Assembly: GCA_965228855.1 (NCBI GenBank)
Contig: CBDDIJ010000005.1
Span: forward strand, 864,001-928,000
From: Candidatus Obscuribacterales bacterium
Lineage (GTDB): Bacteria; Cyanobacteriota; Vampirovibrionia; Obscuribacterales; Obscuribacteraceae
Length of the DNA: 64,000 nucleotides
Reading direction: 5' to 3'
A program made the position numbers and the translations under genes. This document shows, piece by piece, positions 32,431 to 41,681 of the stretch. Position 1 is the stretch's first letter. Every line of letters begins with the position of its first letter. The notes below the pieces were generated by a model, which was not told the origin of the DNA, did not search any database, and saw nothing but the letters and a program-made list of their open reading frames with translations.

Positions 32431-33600
32431 CTAAATGGGACGCCAGCCTTGTTTGCGAGACCGAATCGCGTCAGCCTCCTCATCACACTTTAACGCCTCG
32501 GTGTGGCGCTGCATTTTTCGCAGAAGCTTTGCGTATTGCTCAAGTACATCAGCGACGCGCACATTGGTTTCACCGAAGACGCGTCGCCGAATTAAGATGG
32601 CGCGCTCGAATAAAGGCATAGCTCTATCGTAATACCCCTCGAAGTAATACAATCTCGCAAGATTTTTCAGACTGGTTGCCACCATGTGATGGTGCAGCCC
32701 GAAACGTTTTTCTCTGATGTTGAGCGCTTCTTGCAGTATCGGTTCCATCTCAGAATAGCGACGGCATCTGCAAAGCAGATCTGCCAGACGAGTCAAACAA
32801 TCTGCGAGTTGCGCGGCATCGCCGCCGGTGAGTTGGCGAACCAGATCCACTTCCAGGCGCGCTTCTTTGATCGCATCTTGAAGCGCTTCAGCGTTGCTGG
32901 TCAGATGCAAATGATCCGGTATCGCATCAAGAACCGTCGAGGAATCGTGTGGGTGAAAAGAACTCCATCCATCTTTCGTAGCAGTGAAGCCGTCACCCGC
33001 GGTGCCAGGACTGGCATCGATCGGCTTGTGTTTACCGGAACTGAACCAGCTCTCCATCTCCTGACGAGTCGGTACGTGACCGTCCTTGTCGGGCGACAGA
33101 TCATACATTCGTCTTCCATAGTTCTGGTCACCATTCGGAGGTTGCGTTCGAGCAACCGGCGAACCTAATGGTGGCACTTTGGGAGTCGCAGTGCTGCTGG
33201 CGATTTGTCGTTGTTGTCCCGATTGCGTGGTTGGACTTTTTATTGAGTGGCTACCGATAGGATTGGCTACTCTTGGTGGGCCTTGACCGGCTTTAAAATC
33301 ACTCTGACTCGCGGCTCGCATTTCGTTGCTCACTCGTTCGAGTCGATCGCCTTTCAAAGCAAGAACTTTGTTCAGGCTCTTTCTGCTATCTTCCATTTCG
33401 GAACGATGAACACCATTGAGTCGTTCACGAATGGACAGAGCTCGCCTGTAGAGAGCTTCGGCATCATCCAGCATTCCTCTATCGAGATAGAGATCGGCCA
33501 ATTTCGAGACCGTGCTGGCAACTTCCGGGCTTCCGGAGCCGAGAGCCTGTTCTTGAATGGTCAAAAACCTTTTCAATTCAGGTATAGTTTCGCATTTCAT
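32431..33600 (-). CDS. TPR protein (KLC-type) with central low-complexity linker
   Basis: EALYRRALSIRE, FGLHHHMVATSLKNLARLY, VADVLEQYAKLLRKM. Confidence 0.85.
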   Translation of the reverse strand: MKCETIPELKRFLTIQEQALGSGSPEVASTVSKLADLYLDRGMLDDAEALYRRALSIRERLNGVHRSEMEDSRKSLNKVLALKGDRLERVSNEMRAASQSDFKAGQGPPRVANPIGSHSIKSPTTQSGQQRQIASSTATPKVPPLGSPVARTQPPNGDQNYGRRMYDLSPDKDGHVPTRQEMESWFSSGKHKPIDASPGTAGDGFTATKDGWSSFHPHDSSTVLDAIPDHLHLTSNAEALQDAIKEARLEVDLVRQLTGGDAAQLADCLTRLADLLCRCRRYSEMEPILQEALNIREKRFGLHHHMVATSLKNLARLYYFEGYYDRAMPLFERAILIRRRVFGETNVRVADVLEQYAKLLRKMQRHTEALKCDEEADAIRSRKQGWRPI

Positions 33601-34030
33601 AGGAAGATTCCCGTTCGGTTCGCAAATCGTTGATGCGGAGATGTTTGGGCCCTATTCCAAACAGACGCGCGTTGGTATCGCATTCGATATCAACTATGTT
33701 CGACGATTGCGAACAAAGATACAGCAAATGTCAATTAGCTACTTTTCAAAGGAACTTGGGGTAAGTGATTCAAAAAATTCAAACTAAAGAGAGAACGAAT
33801 AAGCAGGCTCCAGGGACCTCTCTCTCTGAGAGCTGACCGTCCAATTACCTCCCGTAGTTACTAACCGTCCATATACATTCTTGCTCACCGGATTCAAGGC
33901 CGGTGATCCCTAATCCTATAAAGTTGTATAGGAACCGGTATCTAAGTCACCGATTTTCAGCATTTTTTCGATCGAAAGTGAGACATTCCCATGTTCATTA
34001 CGACTGAAAACAATCCGCTGGTGAGCTTGT

Positions 34031-34918
34031 TTAGCTTGCAAGATCCGCAAAATGCTTATCGAGGTCCTTTTGCTCTTGTGTTTGATTTTTGTAGAAGGAA
34101 TCGGTTGAAGCATAGATGTCGCTCAACGATATGCCTAAATTATTGAAACGACCGTCATCAAAATTGTCTTTGATCTTGTCGTAGTTCTCTCTCAGTTCGA
34201 GCGCGGCTAAGGCTCTGCTCAAGCCAGTTAAGAAGTCTTTGTCATCTGGAACATTTGAATTATCCAATTCCTTTCCAGACAAAAAACCATCTCCATCGCT
34301 ATCCATCTCATCGAAAACAGCAGGCAAATAGTCAGTTACTCTTGAGGCACTCTCCGCGTCATGCCGGTTGCTCATCCAATTATTGAAAGCTGCCTTGATG
34401 TCGTCCCTCGTGGCGCCGTCATCTTCTTTGCCCCACTCGTCGTTGCTTTGATTTTGAATGAGATCGCCACCACCTTTAATAAGGTCTTGAATGACTTTCT
34501 CTCGACCGTTAAGAAACGCACCATTAGCCTCTTTCTCAGTCACGTGCCCATCACCGTCGGCATCCATCTTCCGGAAATAGGTATTGATGGTCTTGTTCAG
34601 CAGCTTCGGATCTCTCATAAGTTCGTCTAAGAATTTTGACGAGGTTTCGTCCTGTCCAGGGGAAACCATCTCTGAATTTTTCTGTGAGTCCTCACCAGCC
34701 TGTCCTGATTCTGCTTCAGGGGCGGATTTTGACTTGGCTGTGGAACCGGCTTCTGCTGCAGGGCCAGGTTTAGTTGTGGCCGCGGGACCGGATTCAGTTT
34801 CAGTTGCCGGCACGAGCGGGCGAGCTTGACTCTGCTCGATCTCTTGCAGAAAATCTGGTGACGGCGGTCTGTTTGCATTTTCTTTTGAAGGTTTATCCGA
34901 AGTTTGTTTATCGAGCAT
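34031..34918 (-). CDS. EF-hand calcium-binding protein
   Basis: Canonical loops DADGDGHVTEKE and DSDGDGFLSGKE; ATG at 34918 with GAGG RBS. Confidence 0.85.
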   Translation of the reverse strand: MLDKQTSDKPSKENANRPPSPDFLQEIEQSQARPLVPATETESGPAATTKPGPAAEAGSTAKSKSAPEAESGQAGEDSQKNSEMVSPGQDETSSKFLDELMRDPKLLNKTINTYFRKMDADGDGHVTEKEANGAFLNGREKVIQDLIKGGGDLIQNQSNDEWGKEDDGATRDDIKAAFNNWMSNRHDAESASRVTDYLPAVFDEMDSDGDGFLSGKELDNSNVPDDKDFLTGLSRALAALELRENYDKIKDNFDDGRFNNLGISLSDIYASTDSFYKNQTQEQKDLDKHFADLAS

Positions 34919-35124
34919 AGTAAAAACCTCAATTCGCAACGCCTTCCTCAATCACGGAGATTGGGGAAAGAACTGTTTGTAAGTAATGAAAAAAGTGAGT
35001 GAGCGATAGTGCGGCGAATTGCTCTTTAAACTGCTGTGAGTTGCAGTGAAAGTAGTGTGCCACATGGTCACTATCTGTTCGCTACGGATTTACGCAAACA
35101 TTCGTGCGGGCTCGATAAACCGAC

Positions 35125-35931
35125 TTAATCAGCAATCTGCTGAAGCTTCTCATAGTCGGAGCCAGAAAGTTGAAGTCTTGCACACTCCAGAAGGTCGGGA
35201 ATTTTATCCTCACGGTCCGCTCGAACCGCAGCATCAATAAGCATCTTTGCGGAGTCAAAATTCTTGCAATTCGCAATTACTCGCTTCGCAATCTCGTCAG
35301 CCTGGAAATCTTTCCTCAGACCGAGAGCCAATTCGAACAGATCAGTTCCATAACCGGATATTTTGTCTAGTACAAGCCACTCAGCAATCGAAGAGACGCC
35401 GACCGAGAACAGCTTTTCATATTCATACATGAGTATCGAGTGGAGAAACCTTCCGCCAAAACGATCGAAATGACTAGAGAGCGCGTCGTAATCCTTTTTC
35501 CGAAGATAGTAGTGATAACAAGCGGAGACAATTCCGTCGCGGGTGGAATCATCGGCGATTCCGCGCTCCTCAAGCTCATGAAGCACCTCAAGTAGGCGCT
35601 CAGATTCTCCAATACTAGTTGTTATATACTGCCATTCAGCCACTCTTTTTGAATCGAACTCGCCCTTCAAAATCAAGCTCTCAGCCTTGTCACGCCTGTC
35701 CCTGAGAAAAGCTAGTGCGGGTGGATAGGATCTGCCGAGCGAAACAATCTCATGCAAGATCAAAATTCGCGTCGAATTAGGACCTCTAGTAATACTGTCG
35801 TAAGCCACGAGAAAACGCTCGAGGCCGTCGGCAAAATTCCCAGAGTCAACAAGCTTTCTACCCTCTGCGACTATATCTTTCATTTGCTGAGCGAACTTGA
35901 GCCTGTCATCATCGCAGCTGCTAATAGGCAT
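35125..35931 (-). CDS. Hypothetical alpha-helical protein (paralog of the divergent neighbour)
   Basis: 268-aa ORF; YPPALAFLRDRRDKAESLI..EW..ERLLEVL aligns with the 35979-36852 product. Confidence 0.75.
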   Translation of the reverse strand: MPISSCDDDRLKFAQQMKDIVAEGRKLVDSGNFADGLERFLVAYDSITRGPNSTRILILHEIVSLGRSYPPALAFLRDRRDKAESLILKGEFDSKRVAEWQYITTSIGESERLLEVLHELEERGIADDSTRDGIVSACYHYYLRKKDYDALSSHFDRFGGRFLHSILMYEYEKLFSVGVSSIAEWLVLDKISGYGTDLFELALGLRKDFQADEIAKRVIANCKNFDSAKMLIDAAVRADREDKIPDLLECARLQLSGSDYEKLQQIAD

Positions 35932-35978
35932 TTGCCAGCACTCCAGTCAGATAGTTCACCAGGCTCTATAATAAACCA

Positions 35979-36852
35979 ATGGAGAATTTCACCCCAGAAA
36001 CATCAGCCAGGCGTCCCTCTGCAAAAGAGAAATTAGCGCTCAGAGTTAGCCAGGAGCTTGATATCGTAGAAACGCTGGTGAAGAACAAACAATACACCCT
36101 TGCAATGAAAAAGTTAAAGTGTGTTCGCCAACAGTGACGACAGCTTCGTATTGACACTTGCTCTCGATCCAATTTCTGCTCTGGTAAGAAATTATGCGCC
36201 CGCGAAGGTGGCAGTACGAAGATGGCGCAACGACAAAGAAAAACTGATTATCTCTCGCAGAGCGGACCGGCAGGTTATCCGCGAATGGATAACCCTTAAC
36301 CAGATTCTGAAAGAGCGCAAACGCACCTTCGAGGTGCTGGTTAAGCAATCCGAAGAGGCTGATTCCGACGACTGTCGACAATTGTTCACTTATTTTATTT
36401 GGAAACAGCTTGTCCGACAGCGAAGATACTCTTTACTAGAAAGCAACCTGCGGAGCCTTGGACTCAGCCTGTTGAGCTACGCGATGGAATCGGAGTGCGA
36501 TAGATTGTTTCCAAACCACTGCGGTGTAGACATGTCCAGGTGGACGCGGAATTGGAACAAGAGATTTCACTTGGAATTCATGCGTGAAGATGGTTGCCTA
36601 ACTTACGAAGTCGCGCTTGCACTGGGTGAGAAAAAAGCTGCCGCTGTTTTTGCCAAGAAGATTTTGAGTGTGGAAACCAATGATGCAATGTTCGCAAGGC
36701 TTATCAGAGCTGCGATTCGCACGAGAGATTACGAGGAAGCTGTCAGTATTTATCGAACCGCACTAGAGACGTTTAGCAAGCGTCGGCTCTCAAAGTCCAC
36801 CAAGATGCTCAAGACAATGCCGAAGACAAAGCTGGCAAAGTTCGCTCTCTGA
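35979..36852 (+). pseudogene. Frameshifted paralog of 35125-35931 (or sequencing error near 36120)
   Basis: ATG at 35979, 6 nt after TATAAT, reads MENFTP..IVETLVKNKQYTLAMKKLK and reaches a stop a few codons later. Homology continues in the +1 frame from 36121 (VFANSDD..YAPAKVAVRRWRNDKEKLI). Confidence 0.65.
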
Positions 36853-36913
36853 AGGATTGAAATTGCTGAAAACCGCGCCCGTACAGCTGGATTATAGTGA
36901 CAACCAATAACAG

Positions 36914-37062
36914 TAGCGAATACTGGTACGACGAAACCGGCTACCTGTACGGGTCTCCAAAGACCGTACCTGCATAAGATTTGTGGATCAGGTTAGGGTA
37001 GCCTATACAAAATTACGGTCGTATTGATAACACGTGCACGGGTGCATCGTTTAGTATCGCTA
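36914..37062 (+). ncRNA. Candidate structured RNA (multi-branch) upstream of the LRV-repeat gene
   Basis: Nested stems 36914-36926/37051-37062, 36927-36932/37018-37023, 36939-36946/36995-37003, 36947-36956/36961-36969, plus cctg/cagg and tgca/tgca. Confidence 0.4.
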
Positions 37063-37204
37063 TAAGGCACTCTTTGTTGAGGATTTCATTTCACCACCTT
37101 TTCGACACACCATCACCGGTGCCACGCCTAAGCTCGGTGACACGCTCTAGAATTTCACCACCAAAAATTTTCGACATAACCCATAAATAGGTAGTCACCT
37201 AGTG

Positions 37205-38254
37205 ATGAGTGATGAAAAAGAGGAGCGCCTGAAGTTAGTTCAGGCGGAGCTCTCAAAATACATTAAGAACGGTACGCCAACAGAAAAAGACAGAGGGAAA
37301 GAGAGTCAGGCGTCGCAAGCGTTTGACCAGGAAGATACTGTGGACGACCTGGATAACAATATGGCGCCTGAAGAGCACGGTCGCAAACCGTGGACTACTC
37401 GTCTTGCAGATGAATGGCATTTAGCCGGCGAAAGCGCGCCGCTAGCCAATCGAAGGATTGGTCAGCATTCCAGCGAGGTAGAGATGGATATCACAGCAGA
37501 CTTTCCGACGTCGCCGAATCCATTCAGCGCATCGACAAATCACGCGCTTGCCGAAATAGCCAAAGCGAAGTCCACGCCTGTGTCGACTCTTACGTGGCTC
37601 TCCGACAATCCGAACATCGAAGTTCGCAAAGCCACCGCTGGTAATACCAATACACCAGGCGCTGTTTTGAGAAAGCTCGGCAAAGATTGGGATGCATCAG
37701 TGCGCCTGGCGGTTTTGGACAATTCGAAGGTGCCGATTGACGTCATTACCGAGCTATCAAACGATACCAATCCGCTGGTTTCATTGAGGGCTTGCTACGC
37801 TCTGGATGAGCGCAGGAAGAGTGTCGAGAATATTCTGGCGAAAACACCGCCGCCCGCACAAACTATTAAGGACATACCGAATCTTCAGGCGTATAACAAA
37901 TACATGCAGCCGGGAGCCGCTCAAAATCTGTCTCTTCAGACGACTCCAGAGGCGATTGAGTTTTTAAAACTTGTGGCGGAACGGCAATCGACACCACCTC
38001 AACGGCTCGCTGAACTTTCCAATCATCCTGCTGGTGAAGTGCGCGCGGCAATCGCCTCGAACTGCAACACGCCTCTGAATATTCTGTGGCGGCTATCGCT
38101 GGACATGGATCCGGTTGTGAAAAGCGCTTTGACCAAAAACGAAGGCTGTCCGATAGAATTACTCCGCGAACTCATGCGGGACAACGACCGAGCCGTCAGA
38201 CGGCAGGCACAGAACGAAGTCAGCCGATTGGAGTCGATGGATAGCAACGCCTAG
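37205..38254 (+). CDS. Leucine-rich-variant (LRV/HEAT-like) repeat protein
   Basis: Repeats of L..LS.D....VR.A.A.N.NTP in two blocks. Confidence 0.82.
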   Translation: MSDEKEERLKLVQAELSKYIKNGTPTEKDRGKESQASQAFDQEDTVDDLDNNMAPEEHGRKPWTTRLADEWHLAGESAPLANRRIGQHSSEVEMDITADFPTSPNPFSASTNHALAEIAKAKSTPVSTLTWLSDNPNIEVRKATAGNTNTPGAVLRKLGKDWDASVRLAVLDNSKVPIDVITELSNDTNPLVSLRACYALDERRKSVENILAKTPPPAQTIKDIPNLQAYNKYMQPGAAQNLSLQTTPEAIEFLKLVAERQSTPPQRLAELSNHPAGEVRAAIASNCNTPLNILWRLSLDMDPVVKSALTKNEGCPIELLRELMRDNDRAVRRQAQNEVSRLESMDSNA

Positions 38255-38311
38255 GCTGTGGTAGAAGGCTATTAGAGAGAAGCAGAGAAAATAGCCTTTT
38301 GTCGGTTTTGC

Positions 38312-40237
38312 ATGTCAACGGAACTGCCCTCCGATTTCCCCAAGGATCTGCTCAGCAGATACGACGAGATTCGCTACATTACTCGTGGCGGAATGGGCGT
38401 TCTGTTTCGCGCGCACGACAAGACACTCGATAAACTGGTCGCAATCAAAGCATTGCCATCGGGCAACTTGCTGGGCAATGAAAAGGTTGTTCGCTTTCAA
38501 AAGGAAGCGAAGGCAGCTGGCATTCTCGACCACACCAACATCGTCAAAGTTTTGGACTTCGGCGTCACGCCCTCCGGAGATCCTTATCTCATAATGGATT
38601 TCGTCGATGGTCCGTCTCTAGCCGACGAAATCACTAACAACGGTCCAATGGAACTGACTACAGCGCTCCGCTATTTCGTAGAGATAGCAGATGGACTGGC
38701 TCACGCACACAGGCACGGAGTAATTCACCGCGACGTAAAGCCGAGCAACGTCATGCTGGCACATGCGGATGAGTTTGAGAAAGAAGCAAGAATTGTAGAT
38801 TTCGGCGTAGCGCACATGCGTCGAGTCGATTCTGATGACCCGGGTTTTGAAAGCACCGGCAGCAATATCATCGGTTCACCAGGCTATATTAGCCCAGAAG
38901 TGGTATCAGGTGGAAAAGCAGACCAGCGCTCGGATGTTTATTCATTGGGATGTTTGATGTTTGAGACGCTAAGCGGTCAATTGCCGTTTGTCACTGACAC
39001 GGCCATGCAGACAATGGCAGCCCACGTTAACAACGCCCCTCCCGAGATCTCCGACTTCCTTCACGATGAAGCCAACCAGGAACTGGCTTCAGCGATGTCT
39101 GAAATTGTGATGAAGTGTTTAAGCAAAAACCCGGCAATGCGATTCAAAACTGCTGAGGACTTGAAGCTCGCACTCATCGAATGCGCTGGTTTTATCGAAG
39201 AAGAGCACCGCGCCGCAATTACCGAACACGTCACCGCGCCTGGTGGCATATTCAAATCGTGGTCGTTTTATTCTCCGGCCCATACAAAAACGCCAATGCT
39301 CTTTGCGGGCATTGCGATTTTAATTCCGATCGGCCTGATGTTCTGGATAGGACCTTCTATGCTCGCCGAACTCCGCGGCGAGCGTAATGTAAAACAAACA
39401 AAGATGGGAACCGAACTGAAGTTTAAGGACGGGAAATCCACTACATACTCGCAATTTCTAGGTGCCTTAAATCCAGACGGCGACATTGGAAGCATGATGG
39501 AGATCAACTCGCGGAATCTTCCGAAGTTTTGGAACCCTCGCAGAAAACTAGCAAAGCTGAACTATGCAACCATCACGGATGACGCAATGAAAAAACTCGA
39601 AACATATCCCGTCTATCACCTTGAAATAAGGCAATCAAGAATCTCGCCGAAGGCTTTGCAGAGTATAGGCAAATTGCAAAATCTCAATGATTTGAAACTC
39701 GAACTAATCGATGAACTCACTGATGATGACCTTCGATTTCTGCCGCGATTGAAGGATGTTTCCTCGCTGAGTTTAAAAGGAACAAAGATCACGGATAAGA
39801 CTCTCGAGACTGTCTCGAAAATGACTAGCTTGCAAGAATTGTCGCTCGAGGGATGTCAGAAAATCACAGCAAGCGGTATCGAGCTTTTGAAAACTAACGT
39901 CCAGCTGAAGAACCTGTCCATTGGTGCTACCAAGATTCCCGTCACGGCATTGAAGGGCTTTGATGATTTACACGAAGTAAGCGTGCAGTTTAAGAAGCTG
40001 ACACCAGCTGAGGTTGACGTATTAGCATCTCTGAAAGAACTTCGAGGCTTGACGGTAACCGGTTGCAACTTCGGCAAAGCCGATCTCTATAAATTTCTGG
40101 ATGCTAAATTTTTGCAGGACGTAAAAGCGGCGACAACCGCATTGACGGAAGAAGAAGCAAATGCGTTCGAAAAGGACTATTTACAGCGGCAACGCAGATC
40201 TACAAGAGTTCAAACAAGCTATCCGTATACCTATTGA
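38312..40237 (+). CDS. Hanks-type Ser/Thr protein kinase with TM helix and C-terminal leucine-rich repeats
   Basis: RGGMG, VAIK, HRDVKPSN, DFG, GSPGYISPE, SDVYSLG; TM at about aa 330-350; LxxLxLxxxxITD repeats. Confidence 0.93.
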   Translation: MSTELPSDFPKDLLSRYDEIRYITRGGMGVLFRAHDKTLDKLVAIKALPSGNLLGNEKVVRFQKEAKAAGILDHTNIVKVLDFGVTPSGDPYLIMDFVDGPSLADEITNNGPMELTTALRYFVEIADGLAHAHRHGVIHRDVKPSNVMLAHADEFEKEARIVDFGVAHMRRVDSDDPGFESTGSNIIGSPGYISPEVVSGGKADQRSDVYSLGCLMFETLSGQLPFVTDTAMQTMAAHVNNAPPEISDFLHDEANQELASAMSEIVMKCLSKNPAMRFKTAEDLKLALIECAGFIEEEHRAAITEHVTAPGGIFKSWSFYSPAHTKTPMLFAGIAILIPIGLMFWIGPSMLAELRGERNVKQTKMGTELKFKDGKSTTYSQFLGALNPDGDIGSMMEINSRNLPKFWNPRRKLAKLNYATITDDAMKKLETYPVYHLEIRQSRISPKALQSIGKLQNLNDLKLELIDELTDDDLRFLPRLKDVSSLSLKGTKITDKTLETVSKMTSLQELSLEGCQKITASGIELLKTNVQLKNLSIGATKIPVTALKGFDDLHEVSVQFKKLTPAEVDVLASLKELRGLTVTGCNFGKADLYKFLDAKFLQDVKAATTALTEEEANAFEKDYLQRQRRSTRVQTSYPYTY

Positions 40238-40244
40238 TTGGACT

Positions 40245-41567
40245 TCACTCAAACCGAACGACCTTCCACTGCTTGCCGTGCTTCGCCATAATCAGGTTTT
40301 CGTGCAGCAAATCTGAAGTCGTCAGCTTTCTATCAGCGCTTACCTTATCGCCGTTGATTGAGAGACCGTTGGATTCGAGCTTCCGTTTCGCATCGCCTTT
40401 GCTCGACGCAAGACCGGACTGAACCAGAAACTCGATGATCGACACTCCCTCACCATCAATTACCGATCGGCCCAGCACCGCAGACGGTGCCTCATTAAAG
40501 AAGTCATTGATAACAGACGGGTCGATTGAACGAATATCACCGCTAAACAACGCAGCCGAAATCGCTTGTGCCTTCTTGCATTCCTCGGTCCCATGAACGA
40601 GAGTCGTTACCTCTTCGGCGATATGTTTTTGCAGCGCCCGTTTCTCCGGCGCATCATTCATCTGCTGGAACAATCCATCGAGAACTTCCTTCGATTCCAG
40701 CGAAAACTTCAGAGCGAAATTCTTCACCTCTTCGTCCGCCAGATTCAAGAGAAACTGATAGAACTGATACGGAGAAGTTCTATCCGCCGATAGCCAGATT
40801 GCACCGGACTCGGATTTGCCGAACTTTGTTCCATCCGCGCGCAAAAGCAGCGGACAGGTCAGACCGTGCACCGGCTCTCGCAAAACGCGACGCACGTAAT
40901 CAATGCCGGCAACGATATTTCCCCATTGATCGGAAGCGCCCATTTGCATCGTCACGCCGTGATCCTGGCAAAGGCGCATGAAGTCATACGATTGCAACAA
41001 CGAATAAGCAAATTCAGTGTAGCTCAAGCCCTGGTTCGGATCGTTCAACCGACGCGCAACAGAATCACGGCGCATCATTTCAGAAACCGAAAAATGCTTT
41101 CCAACATCTCGCAAAAATTCAATGATCGTCAGCTTGCCGAGCCACTCGTAGTTGTCCACGAATTGCGGAATTTTATCGCTGGTAACGGCACGCTCGATAA
41201 TCGTCGTAATCATCTTGCGATGACGTTCTACGTTCGCCTGCGCTTCTTCGACTGGAAGCAACGAGCGCTCAACAGATTTGCCGGACGGATCGCCGATCAA
41301 ACCGGTGCCACCACCAAGCAAGACGACACCGGACAAGCCGGCTCTAATGCCGCGGACCACCATCATCACGGCAAGCAAGTTTCCAATCGTCAACGACGGC
41401 GCAGAGGGATCGAAGCCGATATAAAAGCGACGCTGTTTTTCATTCAAATGGGCATTGAGCTCTTCAAGCGGGGTGCTGTCATGAAGCAGACCGCGCCATT
41501 GAAGTTCTTCAATGAACGGATGATTCTGTGTCGCTTCTCCGGTATTTTGCTGAATTGTCTGTGTCAT
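40245..41567 (-). CDS. tyrS: Tyrosine--tRNA ligase
   Basis: YIGFDPSAPSLTIGN, GGGTGLIGDPSGK, YSLLQSYDF, QMGASDQWGNI, KFGKS, C-terminal S4-like domain. Confidence 0.96.
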   Translation of the reverse strand: MTQTIQQNTGEATQNHPFIEELQWRGLLHDSTPLEELNAHLNEKQRRFYIGFDPSAPSLTIGNLLAVMMVVRGIRAGLSGVVLLGGGTGLIGDPSGKSVERSLLPVEEAQANVERHRKMITTIIERAVTSDKIPQFVDNYEWLGKLTIIEFLRDVGKHFSVSEMMRRDSVARRLNDPNQGLSYTEFAYSLLQSYDFMRLCQDHGVTMQMGASDQWGNIVAGIDYVRRVLREPVHGLTCPLLLRADGTKFGKSESGAIWLSADRTSPYQFYQFLLNLADEEVKNFALKFSLESKEVLDGLFQQMNDAPEKRALQKHIAEEVTTLVHGTEECKKAQAISAALFSGDIRSIDPSVINDFFNEAPSAVLGRSVIDGEGVSIIEFLVQSGLASSKGDAKRKLESNGLSINGDKVSADRKLTTSDLLHENLIMAKHGKQWKVVRFE

Positions 41568-41681
41568 CGGACTGTGCCCTGAGTGGAAACCACAGCCAGT
41601 TTAACAGCCCAATTCCGTCCCTGTCATCGAAACAGCCGCGACTCTTTACTTCAAAATACATCCCTGTTCGATCCGGAGACT

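Noticed and set aside
36105..36113. Programmed -1 frameshift at atg aaa aag
   Set aside because: The downstream homologous frame is +1, not -1.
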